32,000 nt of DNA from Flavobacteriaceae bacterium (GCA_965224465.1 OZ245049.1:4410001-4442000); one strand, 5' to 3'; shown: positions 8,437 through 16,887, numbered from the stretch's first letter. The notes: generated from the letters alone by a model not told the origin. Numbers and translations are program-made.

Positions 8437-8791
8437 TTTTCTTTAACTATTATTACTGAATCTTCATCAAATGAAGAATGTAAATGTGAATTATGTAAAC
8501 TGCCACCATCATTGGTATGCTTGAATTTTTTTGATTTTGAACCTCTTAAATGTTTTACAAAACCAAATTTTTGTAAGGCATCAATAAATTTTTGCTCATC
8601 TGAATTATTCAAATATTTTGTGTCAATACTTTTTCCATTTGAATGATCATAACTTGGAAATGCTGATCCTTCTTTAAAACAACTTCCTGTAGTAATGATA
8701 GAAAAGTTATTATCTGCAAGAGCTCCAATAAATGCACCTAAATGACCAGGACTAGTATATCTACGTTTTGTATTTGTAAAAGTATATTTAA
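8433..8791 (-). pseudogene. Distal C-terminal segment of the disrupted effector: LAS/M15-like metallopeptidase motifs
   Basis: Translation: KYTFTNTKRRYTSPGHLGAFIGALADNNFSIITTGSCFKEGSAFPSYDHSNGKSIDTKYLNNSDEQKFIDALQKFGFVKHLRGSKSKKFKHTNDGGSLHNSHLHSSFDEDSVIIVKEK. HSNGKSID fits HxxGxAxD (with A replaced by S), and a downstream HxxHxH cluster is present. The segment is in frame with 9917..10451 once IS30 copy B is removed. Confidence 0.6.
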
Positions 8792-9916
8792 GCTGAATTC
8801 AAGTCACAAACGCAACTTTTAGTTAAATAATAATTGTTCCATTACAAATATAGGGTTTTGATATTTATGTCTCTTCCTAGGTCTGTTATTTAATTTTGTT
8901 TCTACCTCTTTGATTCTTTGATCTGTTAGGTTTGTAAAGTCACTTCCTTTGGCAAAATATTGTCTAATCAAACCATTTAAATTTTCGTTAGATCCTCTTT
9001 CCCAAGAGTGATATGGATGCGCAAAAAAGTAATCAATACATAAATTTTCTGCAACCTGCTCATGGCCTGCAAATTCTTTTCCATTATCAGCTGTTATAGT
9101 ATGTAGATAAGGCTTCCAGTCTTCTAATATTTCATTGATAGCTTTAGTGACAACAACTGCTTCTTTAGAGCTTACTTTTTTCATTTTAAGCATTCCAGAA
9201 GCTCTATCATTTACGGTAAGTATGGCTTGATTATGGTTTTTACCTATGATTAAATCGACCTCTAAATCTCCAAATCGATTTCTTTGTTCAACAACTTCAG
9301 GGCGTTGTTCTATACTAATACGATTCTTTATAACCCCTCTAGAATCCTTTGATGAGCCACGTTTTCTATATCTCCTTCCCTGTCTGCGAAGGTGTGTATG
9401 TAAATCACCATCATTCCTCTTGTCTTCCCTAATATGCTGATATATACGCTCAATAGACACCGTTTCTTTACCTTGTTTTTTTAGGACACCAACTACTTGC
9501 TCAGGACTATAATCGTCTCGCAATAACAACTCTATTGCTTGTTGAATATCTTCTGTAAAGCGTTTTCTTTTAGGCTTTTCTTTATGACGTTTAGCATACT
9601 TTTTTTGGGCTAATTCATGCTTGTAAACTCCATTTCTTTTGTCTGAATTACGCTTAATCTCTTTGCTAATAACAGACTTGTCTTTTCCTATAGCAGCTGC
9701 TATCTCAACCTGTTTATAACCTTGTTTTAACATGCAACAAATTGTGTATCTTTGCGCTTGGGTGATGTGTTTCATACAACTTCTTTTTTCGAGATTTGAG
9801 ACCGTAAGATACATATCCATCAAGACAAGAAAGGTAGGTTTTCCTACTTTTCTGTTTTGAAAATATAACCATCATAGAATCAAATCGAAAAGTTGCGTTT
9901 ATTAGTTGAATTTAAG
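8792..9916 (-). mobile_element. IS30-family insertion sequence, copy B (1125 bp)
   Basis: Same ends as copy A. 3-bp target duplication TAA at 8789..8791 and 9917..9919. Only a few substitutions relative to copy A (the transposases differ at two residues, I/V and E/Q). Confidence 0.9.
8819..9823 (-). CDS. IS30-family transposase, 334 aa (copy B)
   Basis: Differs from the 2714..3718 product at two positions only. Confidence 0.9.
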   Translation of the reverse strand: MMDMYLTVSNLEKRSCMKHITQAQRYTICCMLKQGYKQVEIAAAIGKDKSVISKEIKRNSDKRNGVYKHELAQKKYAKRHKEKPKRKRFTEDIQQAIELLLRDDYSPEQVVGVLKKQGKETVSIERIYQHIREDKRNDGDLHTHLRRQGRRYRKRGSSKDSRGVIKNRISIEQRPEVVEQRNRFGDLEVDLIIGKNHNQAILTVNDRASGMLKMKKVSSKEAVVVTKAINEILEDWKPYLHTITADNGKEFAGHEQVAENLCIDYFFAHPYHSWERGSNENLNGLIRQYFAKGSDFTNLTDQRIKEVETKLNNRPRKRHKYQNPIFVMEQLLFN

Positions 9917-10451
9917 TAATATTAAAATCACTTTTCGAAACATCCAATGAGTTGGGCATTCTCACTAGCTCAATATCTTCATTTCCTGCGATATACAATC
10001 TCCATATTTTTCCTTTACTAGGATGGCTTCCATATTCTGCAATATCTCCATTTTGATATTTCACTCTCCTAGTTGTATTCCCGTCAGAAACAATGTTATC
10101 AGATGTGATAACGCTGTGTATTGGCTTAGAACTTTTTAAATGCCCTACACTTTTTTTCTTTGTAGTATTCCATTCAACAACACAAATTTCTGTTTCTATA
10201 TTTTTTTTATCATGGTATATATATTTGAATTTAGTTTTAAATTCTTCTTTTATATTTTTTGGTATATGTTTTTCAATTTCACCTTGCGAATAAATTCTAA
10301 ATGTAATAAGATCTTCTGCGTTAAAAGGAGGAGGAGTACATTGATTTGTTTTAAATGTTTTAAAGGCATTTTTCGTATAATTAATAGCTTTTGAGTTATT
10401 TCTGTCATAATAGTTTATAATAGCTCTAACTTTAGAAACATCTTTATACTT
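9917..10451 (-). pseudogene. Effector reading frame continuing after the in-frame TAA (about 178 codons, no canonical start for ~140 codons)
   Basis: Same frame as 10452..13595 and immediately after its TAA: KYKDVSKVRAIINYYDRNNSKAINYTKNAFKTFKTNQCTPPPFNAEDLITFRIYSQGEIEK...DVSKSDFNI, then IS30 copy B. The first ATG/GTG/TTG in this frame is about 50 codons before the IS. Confidence 0.6.
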
Positions 10452-13400
10452 TTATACTTTTTTAGCTTTTACATATACTTCTTTACCTTCCCAAAATGCA
10501 ATTGCGCTAAGAACAGCATATTTAATGTCAGAGACTTTCTGATAATTTAATTCTAAATCTAAATATTCATCAGAAAAAACTTTTTTCAGGTATGTAGATG
10601 CATTTTTATAGTTGCTTTTTCCTGTTAATTGAATAAGACCTCGCCCTCTATAATTCCAACCATCATCACCTCCTTTATTTCCGTTTTTACTTCCATATAC
10701 GGTGTTGAGAAGTTGTTTTTGGGGTCTTTCGGAAGCGATACTCACAATGGTTCCATTATTTACCATTTTTTTATATTCTGCACCCCAAAGGGCTTTAATA
10801 TTATTTTTAGAGTAATAAGGAGAACTGTTCCCTTCAGTTAATTTTATTTTTAACAATCCAGTTTCTGTGGTTATTTGACTTATAAAATGGGCTTTTAATA
10901 AACAGGTATTTATATGCAGTTCATTTGCTGTTCCTTTTCTTTTATTAATATATTCATTTATAAGTGTAACTATTTGTTTTCGGTAATCTTGATCATTTTT
11001 GTTACCAACGGTTTCATTAAGATTTTCAACAGTTATTTCTTCTTGACATCTTGGGCATTTTTCATCTCCAAAAACCCTCCGCATCTGCTCCACCCAAGCA
11101 ATAGGATGAAAGTGATGTACTATATTGCTTTTAGGAAACATACGTTTTGGTGGTACTTCTTTTTCTTCTACTTTAGTTTCTGGTGCTGGAGCAGCGGTTG
11201 TACTTGTCGTTGGTATACTATCTTCCGTTGGTTTAGCATCTGGTTTAGCTGCTGTTGTTTTATTGTCTAAAGGTACAACATCTTTTTGTGGTATTTCTTC
11301 TACCACTGTACCTTCTGGCAACATAGAAGGTCTTTTGGTACTACTCGTTTTTGTTTTATCTTCTTCTTTTATGGGTGCTGTGTAGGTTTTTTTACTTGCC
11401 TCATCCCACCACATTAAATTTTCTATTTTGGTTTCCATTTTGGCTAAACTATCATCCCTTTCGGTTTCTAGTTTTTGTTTTTCGGCTGTAACTTCTTCTA
11501 ATTGTATACCAAAATCATAGAGTTCTTTTACTTCTGGTTTTATTTCGTCCATAGTATAAGACCATTCATTTTTATGCTTACATACCAAACGAGATAGTTT
11601 TTGTGCTATTTCCGGTTTACTAAACGCTCTAATAAGCTCTAGTATATCTAATACTTTATTGCCATCTGTATCTATTGTTTTATCCCAAATTTCGGTTACA
11701 AAAGCGGCACTATCTGTTGCCTTACATAAGTCTTTTACAGAGTATATGTATTCATTACCTGCGTCTAGATCTTTAAAACCAAATTTTTGCCAATCGTAAG
11801 CGCTAAATTTGTCAAGATCCTTTTCTTTTACCCAGCCTTTTACTGCTACACATTGGCCACTAGTTGTATCATCTAATACTACTTTATACCAAAGGTCTTT
11901 TTTATCGTCTTTTGCTTTTTTAAATTTACGTAAGTCAACTACTTTTTCTTTTTCTACAGTTACTTCTTCTACATCGGTTCTAAAAGGGACTTCGATATAT
12001 GCCTTACATACATCTACATATAATGTAGTTTTTTCTCCTGTTTTGGCTTCTCTTTCAACTGTATCGTATTTTTGTTCTTCTGTTAAAAAATAGTCAGGAG
12101 TAATTGAGACAAATATACCTGCTTTTTTTTTGGTTTTTTCTGTTATTTTGGAAATAAATGTTTTTTCTACCCAAAACACTTTACCATAGCCATTTGGGTA
12201 AAAGGTAACAGTTCTGTTTAAATTTGTTCTCCAATTTCTTGGTGCTTTTACTTGTTTTGTATTGAATGTGGCATCTTTAGTTGCAAGACCATTAAATGCT
12301 TTATTAACCGTAGTAAGATTTTTGATAGTATAAAGTTTATTGCTATTAAATGGTTTTACGTTATCATTAATATCGGTATCTCTAACTAAGGTTGCAGTAA
12401 TAGATGTTACTTTTATTTGTGCATAATCTCCTTTAATTTTAAGTACTTTTATGGGTGTATTTGCTTTAATATCTACTTTGTAAGATAGGCTTGTTTTTAA
12501 TTTTGTGCCTGCTATAATATTTGTAAAATATTGTTCTTCTTTTCCATCTTTTTTTTCATTACTTAAAAACTCAAAAACATCATCTGTTGTAAATACTTCT
12601 AAGTGGGTTGCTTTATATCCTTTGTACCCTTTAAAACCTAAGTTACCTGTATAGCCAATGGTTACACCTGCTTTTATTGGTATATCACAAGCTGTAATTT
12701 CGTCTAGTTTTCCTTTGGAATTATCAAATGTAATTTTTGTTGTGAAACCAGAGTTATGTATAAAGCCAGATCCATCTTTTAATTTTTTCCAATTACCTTT
12801 TACTGTTTCATCTATTTCTAATACCTCATCATAAGGCACTATTTTTATAATTTTGGATGATGACTTTCCACTTTCTCTTACTCTAGCTCCTAAAACAGAT
12901 TTATTTTCTGTTTCATCTTCTGTAGTAATTATTTCTAAGGTATTTTCTGTTATTTTTTTTACTTGTTTTCCGATTTTTACATATATATAAATATCGGTAT
13001 ATGTTTTACCATCTTTATCTGTGTAGTTAATTCGCTTGTAACTTCCAGTGTTTATTTTGTTGTCTTCTAAAGGAGCTAAATTTACAGTACTTCCTTTAGG
13101 TATTACTACAGACACTCCTTTTTCAGATATATCTATTTTATTGTTTTTTAAAACTCTTGCATTAAGCCCTTCAATTGGTATGCCTTCTTTACTTATTATA
13201 ATATAAGAACTTTTACTTAAAAACTTAGGTATTTTTGCACTGTTTTCATCACTAATAATATCCGATTCGGGCATTAATTGATGATACAAACTATAAAAGG
13301 TCATTTTTTGTTTTTCTTTACTTTTATAATCGTGTTGTATGAGTATAAATCCGTTGGAATATAAGTGATCCGTATTGTTTATTATCGTTTTTTTATACTC

Positions 13401-13595
13401 TTTTGCAAAGCGGTAGGCAATTATACGACCTTGCGCAATGCATTGTATTTCTCTACTTGCACCTTCTAAATGTATACCACCATGCCAAGCATTATGCGCT
13501 CCAATAGGGTATTTTCCAAAAAGGTTACGATTCCCCAAATAATTTTTTGCTTCGGCATCAGTACTAATATCTTTTAGCGGATAACTTACTCTCAT
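10452..13595 (-). CDS. Large multi-domain peptidoglycan-hydrolase effector (1047 aa as annotated): split LytM/M23-like motifs, a Pro/Thr/Ala-rich linker and a GH19-type lysozyme/chitinase-like domain
   Basis: N-terminal YPIGAHNAWHGGIHLEG, and about 300 aa later IKAGVTIGYTGNLGFKGYKGYKATHLEVF (M23 HxxxD / G-x-T-G...HxH-like pattern). Linker AAKPDAKPTEDSIPTTSTTAAPAPETKVEEKEVPP. C-terminal GDDGWNYRGRGLIQLTGKSNY, the hallmark of GH19-like phage and T6SS muramidases. It starts 11 nt downstream of the PAAR gene. Confidence 0.75.
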   Translation of the reverse strand: MRVSYPLKDISTDAEAKNYLGNRNLFGKYPIGAHNAWHGGIHLEGASREIQCIAQGRIIAYRFAKEYKKTIINNTDHLYSNGFILIQHDYKSKEKQKMTFYSLYHQLMPESDIISDENSAKIPKFLSKSSYIIISKEGIPIEGLNARVLKNNKIDISEKGVSVVIPKGSTVNLAPLEDNKINTGSYKRINYTDKDGKTYTDIYIYVKIGKQVKKITENTLEIITTEDETENKSVLGARVRESGKSSSKIIKIVPYDEVLEIDETVKGNWKKLKDGSGFIHNSGFTTKITFDNSKGKLDEITACDIPIKAGVTIGYTGNLGFKGYKGYKATHLEVFTTDDVFEFLSNEKKDGKEEQYFTNIIAGTKLKTSLSYKVDIKANTPIKVLKIKGDYAQIKVTSITATLVRDTDINDNVKPFNSNKLYTIKNLTTVNKAFNGLATKDATFNTKQVKAPRNWRTNLNRTVTFYPNGYGKVFWVEKTFISKITEKTKKKAGIFVSITPDYFLTEEQKYDTVEREAKTGEKTTLYVDVCKAYIEVPFRTDVEEVTVEKEKVVDLRKFKKAKDDKKDLWYKVVLDDTTSGQCVAVKGWVKEKDLDKFSAYDWQKFGFKDLDAGNEYIYSVKDLCKATDSAAFVTEIWDKTIDTDGNKVLDILELIRAFSKPEIAQKLSRLVCKHKNEWSYTMDEIKPEVKELYDFGIQLEEVTAEKQKLETERDDSLAKMETKIENLMWWDEASKKTYTAPIKEEDKTKTSSTKRPSMLPEGTVVEEIPQKDVVPLDNKTTAAKPDAKPTEDSIPTTSTTAAPAPETKVEEKEVPPKRMFPKSNIVHHFHPIAWVEQMRRVFGDEKCPRCQEEITVENLNETVGNKNDQDYRKQIVTLINEYINKRKGTANELHINTCLLKAHFISQITTETGLLKIKLTEGNSSPYYSKNNIKALWGAEYKKMVNNGTIVSIASERPQKQLLNTVYGSKNGNKGGDDGWNYRGRGLIQLTGKSNYKNASTYLKKVFSDEYLDLELNYQKVSDIKYAVLSAIAFWEGKEVYVKAKKV

Positions 13596-13606
13596 AGATT
13601 TTCATT

Positions 13607-14068
13607 TTAGATACTTAAATTAAAATCACTAAGATATCCATGTTTCTTAGCTTCTTCTTTTATTTTTTCTTGGTTTTCTTGCGCTTGACTTGTATTCCCT
13701 AATATTCTATTAATTAGAGTGATTTTAGGAAAAGGTATTTGACTCAAAGGCATTATTGCGGTAGGAGCACTACATCTTGTACCAATAAGTACAGTAGTAT
13801 TTCCAATGCTTACTTCGCCTCCATGACCTGTTTTTGATCCCATAGTAGCTGCGGGTCTCCCGCCAATTAATACGGTAGAAACACCTTCTACAATTACATC
13901 GGGTGGTCCCGAACAGGTACATTGATCCCCCATTACTGCGGCAGGTTTTCCTCCTATTAAAACTGTTGGCACTCCCGGGCCTATAATGGGGCCGCCAGTA
14001 TGTGGGCTTGTTCCACTATACATAGGGCATGTGTGCATGTGTGATATTGTTGCTGCTGGTCCTGGCAT
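13607..14068 (-). CDS. PAAR-domain spike-tip protein with a ~60-aa C-terminal extension, 153 aa
   Basis: Repeated PAAR motifs (VLIGGKPAAVMGDQCTC, VLIGGRPAATMGSKTGHGG, TVLIG) and the Cys/His pattern HMHTCPM. Confidence 0.85.
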   Translation of the reverse strand: MPGPAATISHMHTCPMYSGTSPHTGGPIIGPGVPTVLIGGKPAAVMGDQCTCSGPPDVIVEGVSTVLIGGRPAATMGSKTGHGGEVSIGNTTVLIGTRCSAPTAIMPLSQIPFPKITLINRILGNTSQAQENQEKIKEEAKKHGYLSDFNLSI

Positions 14069-14476
14069 AATTTTTTGTTTTTTATGTTATGTTCTACCGC
14101 TTGAGTGCGTTAAATTACTTAAAATCCCATATTCTCACAGTAGCAGTGCTAAACAAGATGTCATATCCATTTAACCTACGATGTAGCATTGGGTTATTTT
14201 ATTATTCAGACGTATATATGTATAAGCAGTCTTCAAATGTACAAAAAATAGTTATACGCACGTGTTTTTTGTGTTTTAATTCTAGGTATTAGTGTTTGCA
14301 TGGTTGGACTAAAGGCAGGATTCCTGTTTTTCTGCTTTTTAAAAGCATGAATTAAGGAAGGCTCTAACTAGAAAAGAGTCTTCTAATCTAACAAAATAAA
14401 CAATAATTGCTATGGATACGCTTCGCTTATGACACAACGGTTATGAGTACTTAATGGATGTATTTAAGCGAGTTAT

Positions 14477-14541
14477 CTGTTTTGAAAATATAACCATCAA
14501 ATAATCAAATCTAAAAGTTGCGTTTATTAGTTGAATTTAAG
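14477..14541 (-). mobile_element. Solo end remnant (~65 bp) of the IS30 element
   Basis: CTGTTTTGAAAATATAACCATCA.ATAATCAAATCTAAAAGTTGCGTTTATTAGTTGAATTTAAG matches the last ~65 bp of copies A and B (3747..3811 and 9852..9916) with a few substitutions. The rest of the element is absent. Confidence 0.8.
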
Positions 14542-14588
14542 TAAGGAAAGTGCGGCTATTATGAAAAACCTTAAAAAATTGATAAAGA

Positions 14589-14906
14589 ATGATTAAGGAT
14601 ACTAAAACAGTTTCACCTGATGGTTGGGAATTAAAAGAATGGAATGACGTTCTTGAGATAAGAAGTGGAAGAAACCAGAAAGTCGTTGAAAATCCAAACG
14701 GAAAATATAGGATCATTGGAAGTGCGGGGAAAATTATGGGGTATGCTGATAAGTATATTTGTGAAGAAAATACAACTATTATTGGACGTAAGGGAACTAT
14801 AAATTCGCCATTATTTATAGAACACAAGTTCTGGAATGTTGATACAGCTTTTGGCTTGCATTCTAAAGAGCAACTCGATAATGGCTCCATACCAAAAATT
14901 GTATAA
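14589..14906 (+). pseudogene. hsdS: Truncated Type I restriction-modification specificity subunit (HsdS): a single partial target-recognition domain, 105 aa
   Basis: VSPDGWELKEWNDVLEIRSGRNQK ... IIGSAGKIMGYADKY ... TIIGRKGTINSPLFIEHKFWNVDTAFGL follows the conserved HsdS N-terminus/TRD pattern. The ORF stops before the central conserved region and the second TRD. A 17-codon ORF tail enters from the IS30 scar and overlaps its start by 8 nt. Confidence 0.6.
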
Positions 14907-14990
14907 AATGTCCATTAGCCTAAAAATTACTATCTCCAACTAGTAAAAATTATTAAGATATTACTTTGTGTTTAATTTAAGAATCAAATG

Positions 14991-15022
14991 ACTTTAGACA
15001 AAATCAGTCTTTTGTCTAAAGT
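14991..15022. promoter_or_regulatory. Perfect palindrome with 13-bp arms and a 6-bp spacer; candidate recombinase core site (or terminator hairpin)
   Basis: ACTTTAGACAAAA-TCAGTC-TTTTGTCTAAAGT. A third half-site, TGTCTAAAGT, sits at 15090..15099 directly against the ATG of the recombinase gene. Confidence 0.5.
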
Positions 15023-15099
15023 TGCGTATATTTGGAAGCGGTTCTATTGGCGATTTCAAACAATTTTGAAACATGACCAACAGGCGTAATGTCTAAAGT

Positions 15100-15678
15100 A
15101 TGAAAAACAGCAAAGAGCTTCCCGTTAATTTCCATGAGAAAGGAAAATTCTATTTAACAGAAAACGAAGTAGAACAATTGATCCTGGCATCTAAAAATAG
15201 CCGGCACCCTATTAGAAACTCTTTAATGATTCTTATGATGTTTCGTCATGGTTTACGAGTATCGGAACTTATCAATCTCCGGATCAAAAGTATAAATTTT
15301 GAAAACAACCTGATTTGGATAAATAGGTTAAAAGGTGGATTATCTTTGGAACACCCAATTCTGGGTGATGAAAAGCGTGCAATCAAACGTTATTTGAGAA
15401 CCAGGGAAAAAACAGACAATTCTCCTTATCTTTTTATCAATGAACGCATGGATCAATTCTCCCGTAAAACAATCAATTACATAATCAAGACCGCAGCTAA
15501 AAAAGCAACCCTAGATAATGTACACCCACACACATTAAGGCATTCCTGTGGCTATTATATGGCTAACAAAGGGACAGACTTAAGAACTATGCAAGACTAT
15601 TTAGGACATCGAGACCCTAAACATACGGTTATATATACGCAAATTAGTGGGAGCCGGTTTGAAAGTATTTGGGAATAA
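15100..15678 (+). CDS. Small (192 aa) catalytic-domain-only tyrosine recombinase, Fim/invertase-like
   Basis: RHGLRVSEL (catalytic Arg), HPHTLRHSCG (HxxR) and LGHRDPKHTVIYT (His..Tyr) give a complete R-H-R-H-Y set. There is no N-terminal core-binding domain. Confidence 0.85.
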   Translation: MKNSKELPVNFHEKGKFYLTENEVEQLILASKNSRHPIRNSLMILMMFRHGLRVSELINLRIKSINFENNLIWINRLKGGLSLEHPILGDEKRAIKRYLRTREKTDNSPYLFINERMDQFSRKTINYIIKTAAKKATLDNVHPHTLRHSCGYYMANKGTDLRTMQDYLGHRDPKHTVIYTQISGSRFESIWE

Positions 15679-15788
15679 GTAAAAATATACTCAAAAACAT
15701 AAAATAAATAAATATCTTTATCAAATAAAACATACGAAGAATATTACTGATATAAGAGATATATCGTCAACTTAGTAGAAAACTGTAG

Positions 15789-16667
15789 ATGTACAGGTGT
15801 TGTTGCATAATTAAAAAAGAACCCCCAAAATTGACTAAATTACATTACAAAGAGAAATTCCTAATTGAGAAATTATTTGAAATGCCATCAGGGTATGTGA
15901 TGGATTTTTCCAACAGAACCTTTGAGGAATTCATTTACGACAGTATTTGTATCAATATTTATGACGACAAATACTTTTATGCGAGTGGTTCGAAAGCAAA
16001 TAGACTTAGAGGCTTTTTTAGTGAAGAGCCGAGCTACAAAATCGGAGAACTTTTGACCGCACTTTTAGATTATTGGCATACTAAAGCAATTGCAAAAGAA
16101 TATGGATTCGATTTTGAGAAAAATGAAAACATTTATAAAGAATGTTTAAAAATTGCAAGTAGATTAAAAGAAGAAACAATTGTTGAAGAAATTGATGTAA
16201 TAAAGGAAATTGAGGATGATAGAGATTTCAGTTTACTTGCCAAGTCTATTCGAGAAAGTATAAATAAAAATGAACCTGAAGTTGCTTTAGATAGATTACA
16301 TACATACGTTATGAAATTCATCAGGCAATTATGTGAGAATCATAAAATTGAAATTAAAAAAGAGGAATCTCTTAATGCAATATTTGGCAAGTATGTAAAG
16401 TTCATTGTAGCAAATGAAAAAATTGAGTCTAAAATGGCTGAAAGAATTTTAAAATATTCTATCCACGTCATAGAAGCCTTTAATGATATTAGAAACAATA
16501 GAAGCTTTGCTCACGATAATCAAATTTTGAATTATTCCGAGAGTGTTCTTATTTTCAATAATGTCACAAATTCGATAAAGTTTATTGAGACTATTGAAAA
16601 AACAATAGAACAGGAAAACAAAAAAAATGAAGTAGAAACGGCTGATTGGGAAGATTTACCGTTTTAA
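15789..16667 (+). CDS. AbiJ/Abi_C-like abortive-infection protein with a C-terminal HEPN motif, ~290 aa (start uncertain)
   Basis: The C-terminal helix bundle with AFNDIRNNRSFAHDN carries the Rx4-6H HEPN signature as found in the Abi_C family. The N-terminal region has GYVMDFSNRTFEEF...SKANRLRGFF. Confidence 0.5.
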   Translation: MYRCCCIIKKEPPKLTKLHYKEKFLIEKLFEMPSGYVMDFSNRTFEEFIYDSICINIYDDKYFYASGSKANRLRGFFSEEPSYKIGELLTALLDYWHTKAIAKEYGFDFEKNENIYKECLKIASRLKEETIVEEIDVIKEIEDDRDFSLLAKSIRESINKNEPEVALDRLHTYVMKFIRQLCENHKIEIKKEESLNAIFGKYVKFIVANEKIESKMAERILKYSIHVIEAFNDIRNNRSFAHDNQILNYSESVLIFNNVTNSIKFIETIEKTIEQENKKNEVETADWEDLPF

Positions 16668-16887
16668 AAATATTTAAGAACCTATGCAACAAAGTAGAAT
16701 TAGTAACCAGTTATCTATTTGACCTCAGTCAATTTCTATTCTTCACATTAGCAATAGTGCTTGTTGAATTGATAAAATCTGTAATTATGGAAAAATTGAA
16801 AATGATTATTCGTGAAGCGACCCTCGTGTGAAGAATGGAGCCTTTGCTTTGGAATGTTAGTAACTGACGGAAATTATACTTTTTTAG

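Noticed and set aside
3141-9440. 64-aa plus-strand ORFs inside both IS30 copies (3141..3335 and 9246..9440), plus 5964..6245, 7805..8029 and 8425..8646
   Set aside because: Each is antisense to, or overlaps, a strongly supported gene (transposases, the lipoprotein, the effector tip). Nothing in their sequences suggests real coding potential.
10093-12093. Plus-strand ORFs 10093..10293, 10140..10394, 10629..10841, 10914..11270, 11125..11385 and 11809..12093
   Set aside because: All lie antisense to the long effector reading frame. Their products are low-complexity (F/S/L/V-rich) as expected from the complement of a K/E/T-rich gene, and they show no motifs.
14069-14300. Promoter call upstream of the PAAR gene (a TATTTTTTG-like sequence on the minus strand)
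   Set aside because: It does not match TAnnTTTG exactly, having one extra T. In such AT-rich DNA similar strings are frequent, so there is not enough evidence to annotate it.
14537-14890. 117-aa minus-strand ORF
   Set aside because: It is antisense to the hsdS fragment, which has a recognisable family signature. It has no motif of its own.
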